Source: Acidobacteriota bacterium (lineage in GTDB: Bacteria; Acidobacteriota; Thermoanaerobaculia; Gp7-AA8). Taken from it: 64,000 nt of DNA. The stretch lies in assembly GCA_034667465.1 (NCBI GenBank), contig JAXDJV010000007.1, forward strand, positions 81,988-145,987, given 5' to 3'. The stretch's first letter is position 1. Every line of letters starts with the position of its first letter. Shown piece after piece: positions 51,501 to 60,980 of this stretch. Under the pieces are notes generated by a model. It did not search any database. It worked only from the letters and a program-made list of their open reading frames with translations, and was not told the DNA's origin. Position numbers and translations under genes: made by a program.

Positions 51501-52331
51501 GTTCCATGGATCGCGAACTGATTCCAGCAGCGGTGCAAACCGGCGTGGAGCAGTGTACTGCAGGGTGGATGTTCGTGCCGCAGGATCAGTGACACCGACC
51601 AGCGTACCGTTGGCGGCGTAACTGTATTCAACCGTGCGACCGGTGTTGTCGGTCACCGTTGCAATCCGGCCGCTTGCACCCCATGTTATGTCAAGTCGCC
51701 GTGTAGAGCCTGACAGATCGGCAACAGAAAGCAACGCTCCATTTCCGTTGTACGCGTACTTCAATGCATTACCGAAATCATCCGTCATCGTGTCGAGCGT
51801 ACCATCAGCATTGAAATGCATTACGCTGCGCGAGTACTGCAGGGTCAGATCCCAGGTTCCGTTGCCGTTAAGGGTGAGTTGATCCCTGCGACCGAGTGGA
51901 GTTATGTAGGATCCATTCGACGCTAGGAATGGCAATAGCTTGCCATCTGGCATGAGTATTTCGATCTCATGCTGAAATATGGAAGGTGAATAGAGGTACA
52001 CCGCGTCGAAAAGCCGTGGAAGCAGGGTGGACGACCAGCCGATGCCCAGCGGACCGTCTATAAACCGGTTACTCTCGTAGTGCCGGCCAACCGTAAGAGG
52101 AAAGCCGTTCGTGGGGATTTGCAGATCTGTGAAGTCGTTCGCGTACACACCTGTTGCTATGTAACACGGTGACTTTGTACAACTGTTACACTTCGGACGG
52201 CACACCGAAGGTGGCGCATCCGGCGCCGCCGGCGACGGCGTCGCTTTAGGTACGGTACAGTAAGTCGCAGCATCGACCTGGAGAGCGAAGATCATCGCTC
52301 CGACAAAGGCTCCGATTATCTGGTAGCGCAT
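48558..52331 (-). CDS. RHS/YD-repeat protein with signal peptide and variable C-terminus
   Basis: DUF6531-like region (GPLGIGW), YD repeats, RHS core (YQPWG...GYTGRE...R.YNA.TGRFLSED...Y.Y....DPYGL). Confidence 0.92.
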   Translation of the reverse strand: MRYQIIGAFVGAMIFALQVDAATYCTVPKATPSPAAPDAPPSVCRPKCNSCTKSPCYIATGVYANDFTDLQIPTNGFPLTVGRHYESNRFIDGPLGIGWSSTLLPRLFDAVYLYSPSIFQHEIEILMPDGKLLPFLASNGSYITPLGRRDQLTLNGNGTWDLTLQYSRSVMHFNADGTLDTMTDDFGNALKYAYNGNGALLSVADLSGSTRRLDITWGASGRIATVTDNTGRTVEYSYAANGTLVGVTDPAARTSTLQYTAPRRFAPLLESVRDPWNRTITALGWDSNDRLASYTDGDYSDSTARGAKFTYDYAPDATPPRTIKTALRGPHATTYHYNGANWLISNDVSQYDAEGRVVTTADAFAPVAYTYDTGGRVLTVTRGGPLSNYVRSTLTYDATWPNKVASITVTSDTFLPNDWPGTLFTYYGATDPAPGALRFVKQRQGDGTTIEIVEQFQYDSKGRMTMHAAGDQQFNYAYNAAGDLLTTTRASDGAVSSSTFDSLGRTLTSTDVMAATTTYTYDAVDRIESVTAPKPSANTPFTAIVSLTYDHFDSTTGLTFTFQTDANGNVTKMGYDELGHLVRSVDALEHVTTYRYEDNLLKDITDANGNVTSFSYDVFGQLSRTTFPDGAFETYSTHSSGEPLSRTDRRSVTTGYIYDILGRSTGETFSTGGGITYSYTGQKLMTVLDTTVTPAQSLTYAYDTRYRLLTETQGNRGRLTYTYEDDANPRPQSYTVGPSSGSGYAPTANLSYDTSGRLAQIDWSAAGTFVFAYNKRDQYTTVTFAAGVVRSYTYDLIGRLTNLANEHVTAGNLATFAYEYDWNWSANNATMIGQRTSVAVSGAATLAGITKYHYDGNYQLIGADYPSGTSEQWQYDAIGNRTKRSFSSGLYTDYLYYKNGTNPNNGQRLKYHGTGSDLLYDANGNQTGTSTAQNLYTWDAMNRFVSSGTAYDGLGRRVAMSLSTPTVFVYAGVNVVGERIAAAGISNDYLFGPGMDEPLAVSGGSGQVAKYYLADGLGSIVGVVNSSGGIAAQYAYQPWGETSGSELFGYTGRERMPLSGGTLWHYRSRVYNADTGRFLSEDSLQEFIHVIGGALYTYAGNSAVAFTDPYGLKCVDHIYPGIKNVYKTTRTSTAWQSGGAEALGPDTGLPGPIAPQAPSASRAPQASGGVGWPVVTEKCRWHRWFLLTDFWRRKVRVVTQCDCGPYCSEDCTPATYVDWYEEWGSDVASRRSQQAWTQGYMIFGLMHPCQRPEQEGY

Positions 52332-52356
52332 TCTTCTGTTCTCCGGCGCGTGGCGC

Positions 52357-54633
52357 CTAGTACTTGACCGTCATGAGCGGCCTTGCGGTCGCGGTGTTGC
52401 CGAAAGTGTCAGTGGCAACGATCACCACCTCGTACAATCCGGGCGCCACCAATTGGCCGCCGTCAGCCCGACCGTTCCATTGAACCGTCTGGCTGACTGC
52501 CGAGGATGCGGCAGTTACAAGCGATCGCAGCACTGTTCCCGACATCACACTGCGGAACTGCACCGAAAGCACAACTGAACGCCCCTGAAAAGTTTGGATC
52601 GGTATCGTGATGGTCAGTGGAGTACCGCCGGGATAGAAAATCGGTTTGTCGATGACGACGTTCGACAGTTGGGGCGCAGTGCCATACACGACGAGCACAT
52701 TTGCAGGGAAGCTCGCAGTGCTTCGCAGAACAAGAACGCGCGGCATCGCAGCAACGAGCACGTTTTGCGTGCTCATCCCCCACCACGCCACTTCGTGCTC
52801 GCCCGCGGCCTCGAAGCCCGCGGAGATACAACCGCTGTCGCACTGGCCCGTGTCCTCTACGATGTTCGAAACCTTGACGACGACGTAATGCGGCAGGCCG
52901 CCGACGCAATTCGGCGGGTCATGAACGATATCTCCGACGCAGTAGTTGATCCGCAATGGCCTGTTGGCGTATGGGTCGAAAACGATCGACGGATCCGAGC
53001 ACTCGACTCGCGCTCCGGCGTCGTTGCGACACTTTACGTATTGCTGCGCGACCGCGGCAAACGTACCGATGGCAATGTTCCCCTGATCCCACGTCACAGT
53101 GCCGATCGCGTCCGTGGCTGTCGCGGTGTATTTGTACGATCCGTCGGGCACGAGGACACCCTGATCGTTCGTGCCATTCCATGAATCCGAATACGTGCCC
53201 GAGACCCGCTGAGCGTTCACAAGCGTCCGGACAACCGTCCCGCTCAGCGTCGTGATTACCAGTGTCTGGGTTAGTGTGAATGGAACGATCGACGTGAAGA
53301 CTGCGCTCTCGCCGCCAGCAGCGTTCAGCTGATGCGTAGCCAGCGAGGCCGAAAAATTCGCAATCACAGCGTCCACACTCGTCGACGTGGTGTTGCCGGC
53401 GAGGTCCGTCACCAGAAGCGTGAGCGTATAGGCGCCGTTCGCCAGCGGAACGCCGCTCGGAATGGTGTCCCAGTTCGCGAGCGTCGTTCCGGCGGCTGCG
53501 GCCGCAGAGCCTGAACCGAGCCCAATTCCCGGCTGACCGTTCTGCGATCGCGATACCGTCCAGGTCCCGAAGTGAGAATCGCTCGCAGAGCCCGTAATCG
53601 CAACGATGGAAGTTCCCGACTGGTGAACGTTGGAAAACTGCTGATTCGACGCTGGACTGCTGATCGTTGCAAGCGGTGCAGTAAGGTCGATGGTGGTAAC
53701 GCCGGTCCAGAGAGGAGCCGCGATGCCATCAGCGTCGACAATCTCGATTGCATAATCGCCCTCGGGCTGGATTGAGCCAGCGGTGTTCCGGCCATCCCAG
53801 GCATATCCGACGTCGCCCATCCCGGACGCGCTCCGGACGATCGCGCCCACTGAATTCCGAACATTAACAATCCAGCGAAAGTCGGTCACGACCGAGTTCG
53901 GCAACCGGCTGACCACTCCACTCACGCTCGTCGTGTCGTTATGCCCGTCGGCATTTGGGCTGAAGTAACGATTGGTGATCGATGCGCCGATACCGATATC
54001 CAAAGGAAATGCCTGTACCCGTTGGCGGAGCTGTTCGATATGCGCGCGTTTCATCCGGACGGTATTGCCCAGAGCCGGATCTTCGAACGGTGGCGCCGGG
54101 CTGATTCCCATTGCGGCAACCGAAGCAATCCACGCATTCCGCAGATCCTGCACATTTGCCGCATACAGGGGCGTGTTGCCGCCGATCGTCGAGTACGTCC
54201 AGGACGGCGAGGAGGCTCCAGCGACGGAAGCGATGGCACTCAAAGCAGTCCTCAATTCCGTGATGTGGCCAGCCTTGAATCGAGTCGTGCTGACGACGAG
54301 CGGAGAATCGGTGAACGTAAATGTCGTCGCGAACGCCTTGTTGCTCGACGGTCCCAGAGCGTTTCCCGATATATCAGACGGCGTGACCTGATATACGTAT
54401 GCGACATTCGCCGGCGGCGAGAACTCCGTAAACCCCAGCTGGTTTGTGATCGCTGGCCATCCCGCACCACCGGGCGTGCGGTTCACGCGGTAGTAGTTCG
54501 TGCCAGCGTACGTCCAGTTCAGGTTGATGTAGGAACCGGGCACGTACACCGCCCGCAGCGCAGGTGCAGTCTGTGAGAATGCTGACGCGACAACGCAGCA
54601 GAGGAACAGAACTGCTACTCCCGCGCGCTTCAT
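52357..54633 (-). CDS. Secreted multi-Ig protein with FlgD-Ig-like repeats
   Basis: Signal peptide; FSPNADG..D; WDGRN/WNGTN/WNGRA...V.xG.Y repeats. Confidence 0.8.
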   Translation of the reverse strand: MKRAGVAVLFLCCVVASAFSQTAPALRAVYVPGSYINLNWTYAGTNYYRVNRTPGGAGWPAITNQLGFTEFSPPANVAYVYQVTPSDISGNALGPSSNKAFATTFTFTDSPLVVSTTRFKAGHITELRTALSAIASVAGASSPSWTYSTIGGNTPLYAANVQDLRNAWIASVAAMGISPAPPFEDPALGNTVRMKRAHIEQLRQRVQAFPLDIGIGASITNRYFSPNADGHNDTTSVSGVVSRLPNSVVTDFRWIVNVRNSVGAIVRSASGMGDVGYAWDGRNTAGSIQPEGDYAIEIVDADGIAAPLWTGVTTIDLTAPLATISSPASNQQFSNVHQSGTSIVAITGSASDSHFGTWTVSRSQNGQPGIGLGSGSAAAAAGTTLANWDTIPSGVPLANGAYTLTLLVTDLAGNTTSTSVDAVIANFSASLATHQLNAAGGESAVFTSIVPFTLTQTLVITTLSGTVVRTLVNAQRVSGTYSDSWNGTNDQGVLVPDGSYKYTATATDAIGTVTWDQGNIAIGTFAAVAQQYVKCRNDAGARVECSDPSIVFDPYANRPLRINYCVGDIVHDPPNCVGGLPHYVVVKVSNIVEDTGQCDSGCISAGFEAAGEHEVAWWGMSTQNVLVAAMPRVLVLRSTASFPANVLVVYGTAPQLSNVVIDKPIFYPGGTPLTITIPIQTFQGRSVVLSVQFRSVMSGTVLRSLVTAASSAVSQTVQWNGRADGGQLVAPGLYEVVIVATDTFGNTATARPLMTVKY

Positions 54634-55745
54634 CGAGACGCCTCCGCAGCCGCCGGGGCGGCAGTGATCTTAACGGTATTGGCGGCCACCGCGCCGTACG
54701 CGCTGCGCCAGTTAACCGTCACCAGGTGAACACCAGGGCGCAGGTTCCTGAGCGGAACAGCGACGCTCAATTTCGAACCAGACTCAGTCGTCCCGACGAG
54801 TTTCCCGTTCAGGAACGTGTAGATCACTCCGGGTTGCGCACGAAACACCTTCGCTGACGCACCGACGATCGCAAGATCCAGGTCGATGCGGTCATCAGAC
54901 ACTCGCCAGACACGCTCGCTTGCAGACCAGTGCGCATTTTTCGGAGTTAGTCGCAACGAAGGAGAGACATCGTCGAGCGTTTGCAATCCGGCATGGTGCT
55001 CATGCGTCGAGACGGGGAATGCAAACAACGAAGCGCCGGATCGTGAAAGGACCACATCGAGAAATGTTCGCTTCCGATTTCCAAACGTAATCACGGAGTT
55101 GGCGGGCAGGGGCGTTGTGGCGATTGCCGTAACGAAATCGGGAAGATCCGGGATGAAGATCGCGCCGCTCTCATCGCGCCCGTTCCAGTGTTCGGCAATG
55201 CTCCCGGCCCCGCGCGGTTCGCGATTGACGATGGTCTTCATAACCGGACCGTCCATCTCCTTTGTGCGCGCGTTTGGTGTTGCAGTACCGGCCTGTACAT
55301 GCACTCGAGACGGCACCGCTAACTCGTACGAAAGCGTCCCTCCGTGGCGGTCGTAATACTTCGCCGTCACACTGGTCATCGGTTCAACGCGATTGGCAGG
55401 AAAGTACGAGTCCGATTCATGGCCGTTAGTCCAGTTGATCTTGAATGAATAAGCTTCGTCGGCGACAACAGATCCCGTGTTGTCTCGGCCATCCCACATG
55501 TATGACGCGGGACCGCCTCGCACTGACTGTTGATCGGCGAGTTTGCGCACGACATACCCATCTCGATCCAAAATGAGGATCGTGGCGCGGCCCGGACGCG
55601 CAAAACTGGCGCGGAGAGTCACCGTGTCGCCCGCTGTTGGATTCATGGAAGAGCGATCGACTGCAACCATCCGAATATCGCGCGGAACGTGGGTTGCCGC
55701 CGCGATTCCAAACAACGCAAAAAGACTCAAGGCCACTCGTCGCAT
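54630..55745 (-). CDS. Secreted FlgD-Ig-like protein
   Basis: Signal peptide; VVRKL...WDGRDNTG, HWNGRDESG. Confidence 0.75.
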   Translation of the reverse strand: MRRVALSLFALFGIAAATHVPRDIRMVAVDRSSMNPTAGDTVTLRASFARPGRATILILDRDGYVVRKLADQQSVRGGPASYMWDGRDNTGSVVADEAYSFKINWTNGHESDSYFPANRVEPMTSVTAKYYDRHGGTLSYELAVPSRVHVQAGTATPNARTKEMDGPVMKTIVNREPRGAGSIAEHWNGRDESGAIFIPDLPDFVTAIATTPLPANSVITFGNRKRTFLDVVLSRSGASLFAFPVSTHEHHAGLQTLDDVSPSLRLTPKNAHWSASERVWRVSDDRIDLDLAIVGASAKVFRAQPGVIYTFLNGKLVGTTESGSKLSVAVPLRNLRPGVHLVTVNWRSAYGAVAANTVKITAAPAAAEASR

Positions 55746-55786
55746 ACGCTCTCCTTTCCGCCTCGCGGAACCGGCGATGATGAGGC

Positions 55787-57001
55787 TTACTGGAGCGTGA
55801 GCAGAACGAGAATCTCGCCTGTGCCTTTCGCGAGAGGCTCAAGCGCTTTTCCGATGATCGTGCCCGGACGGTGTATTTTCAGACCGCCAAGATCGACCGG
55901 CTCTGAGCGCATGGCTCGCCCATCTCCGGTTGATGTAACAAGGAGATCGCCGACAGCGATCGCGCCATTCGTAGCGTCCACCATCACACGAACACGGCCG
56001 GTCGTCGCAATCAGCACGCGATTTTTGCCGCGCTCGCCGAGCGCAAGGCCGGGCTTCGTCGAAACAACTCCGGCGACAGTGAGGTCATACGCCTTGTTCG
56101 CCGGCATGACTTCGTTTGACTGCGCGATATTGAGGACGACAACCGTCCCTGGTTCCATCGCGCGAGTGGCGGGAACCCACTCAGCGACATCCTGATACTT
56201 CGCATTGATGTTCCCGGTGACGTTGATGTCTCCGTTGACGTCCAATCGCGCAGAAGGGACCGTCGTACCGATGCCAACATTACCGGAAGCATCGACGCGA
56301 AGTCGCTCATTCGCAGCGCCCACCCCGCCCGTAAACACGCGGACAACCGTGCTCGCTGCAGATGTGGCGATGCTCAATCCGCCGGCACCGGTGGCAATCA
56401 GCGCACCACCCGCCGGCTGACGCGCCCCCGCCGCAGTGTACGTAGAGCTGAGCGCCTCCAAAGTCATGGCGGCACCCCCGGCTTCTGCCGTCTGCGCGAC
56501 ATACCGCGCACCGGCCGCCGCAGTTGCACCATTGTTACGAATATATGCTGTCGTCAGCGTGTTTTGATCGCGTTGAATATGCAGAATATCCGCCGGGGAA
56601 GACGTACCGATACCGACATTCCCTGACGAGTTAATGCGAAGGCGTTCCGCGGTTCCATTGGTCGTACCGGTATGCAACGCGAGGCTGCTGTTGTAATTAT
56701 TCGCCCCGACGATCCCGACGAGATCGCTGTTGTAGGTGTCGTAACCGATCCAAATCCCCTGCTGCCCGTTCGCCGGACCGAACGCTGCTGTCTCGTATAG
56801 TGTGCCACCGACACTGGCGCCGGCTTTTGCAACGAGAAAGGGAACGCCGTACGGCCACCACTCTCCGATGCTGGCGTTCCCGGACGATCTGACATTACCA
56901 AGGTTTGCATCGGTTCCGTTCAGCCATTGCGATTGGCCGGATGTGGTGAAAACGACGACGATTACCAAGGCAAGTCCGACCCGGGAAAGGAAACGATTCA
57001 T
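55787..57001 (-). CDS. Secreted tail-fibre-like protein with intramolecular-chaperone (peptidase G2-like) C-terminal domain
   Basis: ERLRI..SGNVGIGT..P repeats; YQDVAEW...PGTVV...GRV.V...GDLLVTS...IIGKALE. Confidence 0.75.
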   Translation of the reverse strand: MNRFLSRVGLALVIVVVFTTSGQSQWLNGTDANLGNVRSSGNASIGEWWPYGVPFLVAKAGASVGGTLYETAAFGPANGQQGIWIGYDTYNSDLVGIVGANNYNSSLALHTGTTNGTAERLRINSSGNVGIGTSSPADILHIQRDQNTLTTAYIRNNGATAAAGARYVAQTAEAGGAAMTLEALSSTYTAAGARQPAGGALIATGAGGLSIATSAASTVVRVFTGGVGAANERLRVDASGNVGIGTTVPSARLDVNGDINVTGNINAKYQDVAEWVPATRAMEPGTVVVLNIAQSNEVMPANKAYDLTVAGVVSTKPGLALGERGKNRVLIATTGRVRVMVDATNGAIAVGDLLVTSTGDGRAMRSEPVDLGGLKIHRPGTIIGKALEPLAKGTGEILVLLTLQ

Positions 57002-57441
57002 CGCGAATCTCCTCGTTGGCGGCTGGTTGGTGAACGGAGGCGGGAACTCACATACGGTTTCATGACTTCTGTGCAGATGTCAATTCACCGCACTGATCTA
57101 TACGCCAGGACGCTCAATGTCGTCCAGGGTCACCATCCAGCAACAATCGTGCTGAGCCCCGGCGCTGCGACCCTGGTGCGTGGCTGAAGGCGAGTGGAAT
57201 TCGGTTCCAGACGCAAAACATCAACAGTGAACGAGTTCAGAGTCGCGCGGTCGATCATGCCATCATCAGAAGAGCGCGCAAATGCAAGCGATCGCGAACT
57301 ACGTAGTGACATCGGAGCGAGCCAGAGCTTCTTCCTCTCGCAATCAGGAAGCCATACGTCGCGCAGGAGTTCGAGCATTCGAGGCAAGGAAGCAAGACTC
57401 CTCCGCGCCCGCCTCGTTCCGCAATCTCGTAGACTTGCCCG

Positions 57442-58302
57442 ATGCCACGTCCGCGACTTGTCTTCCTCGGCGCCGGCGGTCCGTTCTCATGTCTTTGCCT
57501 CGAGCGCCTCATCGAAGTGGCCGATGTCGCGGCAGTCGTGATGCCGAAAGCACGAGGCCGCGGCCTGGGACGCGTCCTTCGAACTCTCCGTCAGCGATAC
57601 GTGACGCGTGGGTTGCGCGCCATCGTCCGCCGTCATCGAATCCCGACTGTGATCTTTGGCGATGATCTGCGCCGCTTCAATGCCGACCTCCTCTGTACCG
57701 CGTCATTCCCACACATCGTTCCCTCGGACTTGCGCGCGGCGGCGCGACTCGGTGCGATCAATGTGCACTCGTCGCTGTTACCGCGGCATCGCGGACCGGA
57801 TCCGATCTTCTGGACGTACTTTGACGACGATCGAGTCACCGGCGTGACGGTTCACTGGATGACCGATCGCGTCGACGACGGCGACGTGATCGTGCAGCGT
57901 CGCATCGATGTCGCGCGCGGTATTTCGGGACTCGATCTATACATGCAGCTGGCGAACGAAGCGGCTGAAGCAATGGCGAGTGCCGTCGCGGCAGTTGGCG
58001 ATGGATCGGCCAAGCGAACGCCGCAGCCCGACGCCCCGGCAGATCCGCCGCCGTCGCAGATGACCTGGCGCATCGATTACGAAGAGTGGCCAGCCGAGCG
58101 TATCTGGCACTTTCTCCGCGGCTATTCGTTCCGCACCGGCGCGACGCTCGCGGATCGCGATGGGAACCTCCATCGAATCGGCATCGTGGAGCGGTACGAG
58201 TCGAAGACGCACGATCAGCGACCGGGCACATTCACGATCGACCGAGCAGCCCTCACGATCTACTGTCGCGATGGCGTTGTGATCGCGCGCGCGGCCAGGT
58301 GA
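57442..58302 (+). CDS. Formyltransferase family protein
   Basis: INVHSSLLPRHRGPDP, GVTVH...VDDG. Confidence 0.88.
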   Translation: MPRPRLVFLGAGGPFSCLCLERLIEVADVAAVVMPKARGRGLGRVLRTLRQRYVTRGLRAIVRRHRIPTVIFGDDLRRFNADLLCTASFPHIVPSDLRAAARLGAINVHSSLLPRHRGPDPIFWTYFDDDRVTGVTVHWMTDRVDDGDVIVQRRIDVARGISGLDLYMQLANEAAEAMASAVAAVGDGSAKRTPQPDAPADPPPSQMTWRIDYEEWPAERIWHFLRGYSFRTGATLADRDGNLHRIGIVERYESKTHDQRPGTFTIDRAALTIYCRDGVVIARAAR

Positions 58303-58357
58303 CCTCTGTTATTCATCGCGGTTCTTCGCGGTAGAATCACACATCTTCCAATCTGAA

Positions 58358-59743
58358 ATGCGTGACCAGGTTTCAAACTCGACTACAGGCGCGATGCGCC
58401 TGCTGAACCGCCTGACCTTCGGGCCGCGGCCCGGCGACATCGGCCTCCTCCTCGATCGCGGCCCTTCCGAATTCCTCGAGCGGCAGTTCGCGCCGGAACC
58501 GGAACACGAAACACTTGCGCGAAAACTGCGCACGCTGCCCGCCATCGACTACACGACGTCCGAGTACGTCCTCCGACACCAGCTGGACAATCAATCTTCG
58601 GCGACCGTCGAGTGTCCGCTCGAACAGCTGCGCTCAGCGAAACTGTTGCGCGCGGTCGAATCGAAGAACCAGCTTCGCGAAGTGCTCGTGGACTTCTGGT
58701 ACAACCACTTCAACGTCAACGCACGGGCATGGCGGCCGAGCGTTCCCGAGTACGAGCGCGAATCGATCCGGCCGTATGTCTTCGGTCGTTTCCGCGATCT
58801 GCTCACTGCTGTCGCGCAGTCGCCGGCGATGACGTTCGCGCTCGACACGTACATCAGCACCGCCAATCGAGTCGTCGGCGGAAAACTCGTACGCGGTCTC
58901 AATGAAAACTTCGGGCGAGAGTTGCTCGAGTTACACACCGTCGGCGTCTCGGCCGGATACACGCAGCACGACGTCACCGAGGCGTCGCGATGTTTCACCG
59001 GGTGGGACTTCGGCGGATGGCACGCACCGATCTATGGATTTCGTTTTGCGAGCGACCAGCACGATCGCGATTCCAAATCGATCTTCGGGTACAGCGTCAA
59101 ATCGGGCGGGGGGCAGAACGACGGCGAGGAACTACTCGACTATCTCGCTGTTCACCCGGCGACTGCGCGCTTCATCTCGTGGCGGCTCGTGCAGCGTTTC
59201 GTCGCTGACGATCCGCCCGAGTCGCTCGTCGCGCGCTGCGCCACAACGTTCCTGAAGAGTGGCGGCGAAATCAGCCCGGTGCTGCGCACGATCTTCGACA
59301 GCGAGGAGTTCCGCGGCGCCACGCCGAAGCTGAAATCACCCTTTGAGTTTGTCGTCAGTTCCGTGCGTGCAGTCGATGGAGAGATCGTCGACGCCCGCCT
59401 CCTCGCCGAAGCGATCGGCAAGATGGGAATGCCGCTCTACGACTGCATTCCGCCGACCGGCTATTCGAATCGCGGGAGCGACTGGCTGAATGTCTCCGGC
59501 CAACTCCATCGATTCAACTTCGCAACGGCGCTCGCAGCGGGAAGCTTTCCCGGCGTCACGGTGCGCACGCAATCAGTGCCGCCCGCCGCCGTCGCGAAAC
59601 GCTTTGCCGATGAAATACTCGGCGCTCCACTCAGACCATCGACCCTCACCGCCGTGTCGCGTGTCTCGGCCAACGGCGAGGTCCCGCCACAAACGAAAGC
59701 GCTGGCATTACTTCTCGCCAGCCCGGAGTTTCAGGTCCGATGA
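58358..59743 (+). CDS. DUF1800 family protein
   Basis: RLTFGPR, FWYNHF, NENFGRELLELHTVG, HPATARF, SPEFQ. Confidence 0.92.
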   Translation: MRDQVSNSTTGAMRLLNRLTFGPRPGDIGLLLDRGPSEFLERQFAPEPEHETLARKLRTLPAIDYTTSEYVLRHQLDNQSSATVECPLEQLRSAKLLRAVESKNQLREVLVDFWYNHFNVNARAWRPSVPEYERESIRPYVFGRFRDLLTAVAQSPAMTFALDTYISTANRVVGGKLVRGLNENFGRELLELHTVGVSAGYTQHDVTEASRCFTGWDFGGWHAPIYGFRFASDQHDRDSKSIFGYSVKSGGGQNDGEELLDYLAVHPATARFISWRLVQRFVADDPPESLVARCATTFLKSGGEISPVLRTIFDSEEFRGATPKLKSPFEFVVSSVRAVDGEIVDARLLAEAIGKMGMPLYDCIPPTGYSNRGSDWLNVSGQLHRFNFATALAAGSFPGVTVRTQSVPPAAVAKRFADEILGAPLRPSTLTAVSRVSANGEVPPQTKALALLLASPEFQVR

Positions 59744-60966
59744 CGACGACTCGCCGCGCATTCCTGACACAGGCTGGCATGATCGCCGTCGGCTTCGGCG
59801 CACTGCGTACGTCGCCGTTCCTGCTTCAGGCAGCGGAGATCGCCGCACCCGGCGACTCGATACTCGTCTTCGTCCTGCTTCGTGGCGGCGCGGACGGACT
59901 AAGCATCTGCGCGCCGTACGCCGATCCCGAATACTACAAAGCACGCCCCACGATCGCGCTGCCGAAACCGCGCGCAGCAGGCAGCGATTCGCTCATCGAT
60001 CTGGACGGTTACTTCGGGCTCCATCCCGCATTTCGTCCGCTCGAATCGCTCTGGCGTTCCGGCAAGCTTGCGATCGTGCACGCCGCCGGCTCGCGCGACA
60101 TGAGTCGTTCGCATTTCGATGCGCAGGAGTTTCTCGAAACCGGTACACCTGGATTTCGCGGCACACCAACCGGCTGGATGGATCGCTGCCTCACTCATCT
60201 CCCCGGATCGGGCCTGACGCAAGGCGTTGCGTTCGCGCCGATCGTTCCTCGCGCGTTTTTGGGCGCGGAACCGGTCTTCGTCACGCAGGACATCGCGCGC
60301 TTCGATCTCGAAGCGGACGGCTGGAAGTCGGAAGCGGAGTCGTTGCTGCGCGAAATGTACGTGTCAGGCAACGACGCGATCGATGAAGTCGGTCTCGGCG
60401 CGATCGACCTCCTCAAGGTTCTGCGCAACAAACCGGCCCTTCGCGCCGCCGCGGCGCACGGCGCGCGTTATCCGGTCACATCGACAGGTCTCTCAATGCA
60501 GCAGGCGGCGCAGGCAATCAAAGCAGGCCTCGGCACACGCTGCATTTTCGTAAACGTCGAGCAGCGATTCGATACTCACTCCGACCAGCTCCCCGCAAAC
60601 GCTGAGGACTTTGCAAACCTCGGCGGCTCACTCGCAGCATTCCACCAGGACCTCGGCAAGACAATGGATCGCGTCGTCGTCGTCGTGGCAACGGAGTTCG
60701 GCCGCACCATTGCCGAAGATGGATCGCACGGCACGGATCACGGCACCGGCGGCGCGATGTTCGTACTTGGCGGACCGGTGAAAGGTGGTCGCGTGTACGG
60801 CAAATGGCCCGGGCTCGAAAAGAAGAACCTCTTCGAAGAGCGCGATCTCGACGTCACCACCGACTTCCGCGATGTCTTCGCCGAGGTAGCAAAGAAACAT
60901 CTGCGCATCAGGAAATCGCTGTTTCCTGCATATACGCCCGGCGAGCTGCCCGGCATCATCGCCTGA
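59740..60966 (+). CDS. DUF1501 family protein with Tat signal
   Basis: TRRAFL, LRGGADGL, RSHFDAQ, FDTH, TEFGR, GTDHG. Confidence 0.92.
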   Translation: MTTTRRAFLTQAGMIAVGFGALRTSPFLLQAAEIAAPGDSILVFVLLRGGADGLSICAPYADPEYYKARPTIALPKPRAAGSDSLIDLDGYFGLHPAFRPLESLWRSGKLAIVHAAGSRDMSRSHFDAQEFLETGTPGFRGTPTGWMDRCLTHLPGSGLTQGVAFAPIVPRAFLGAEPVFVTQDIARFDLEADGWKSEAESLLREMYVSGNDAIDEVGLGAIDLLKVLRNKPALRAAAAHGARYPVTSTGLSMQQAAQAIKAGLGTRCIFVNVEQRFDTHSDQLPANAEDFANLGGSLAAFHQDLGKTMDRVVVVVATEFGRTIAEDGSHGTDHGTGGAMFVLGGPVKGGRVYGKWPGLEKKNLFEERDLDVTTDFRDVFAEVAKKHLRIRKSLFPAYTPGELPGIIA

Positions 60967-60980
60967 TTCGAAAGGACCGG

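Noticed and set aside
49400-51900. Repetitive pattern that might be a DNA repeat array
   Set aside because: These are degenerate protein-level YD repeats; no identical repeat-spacer structure
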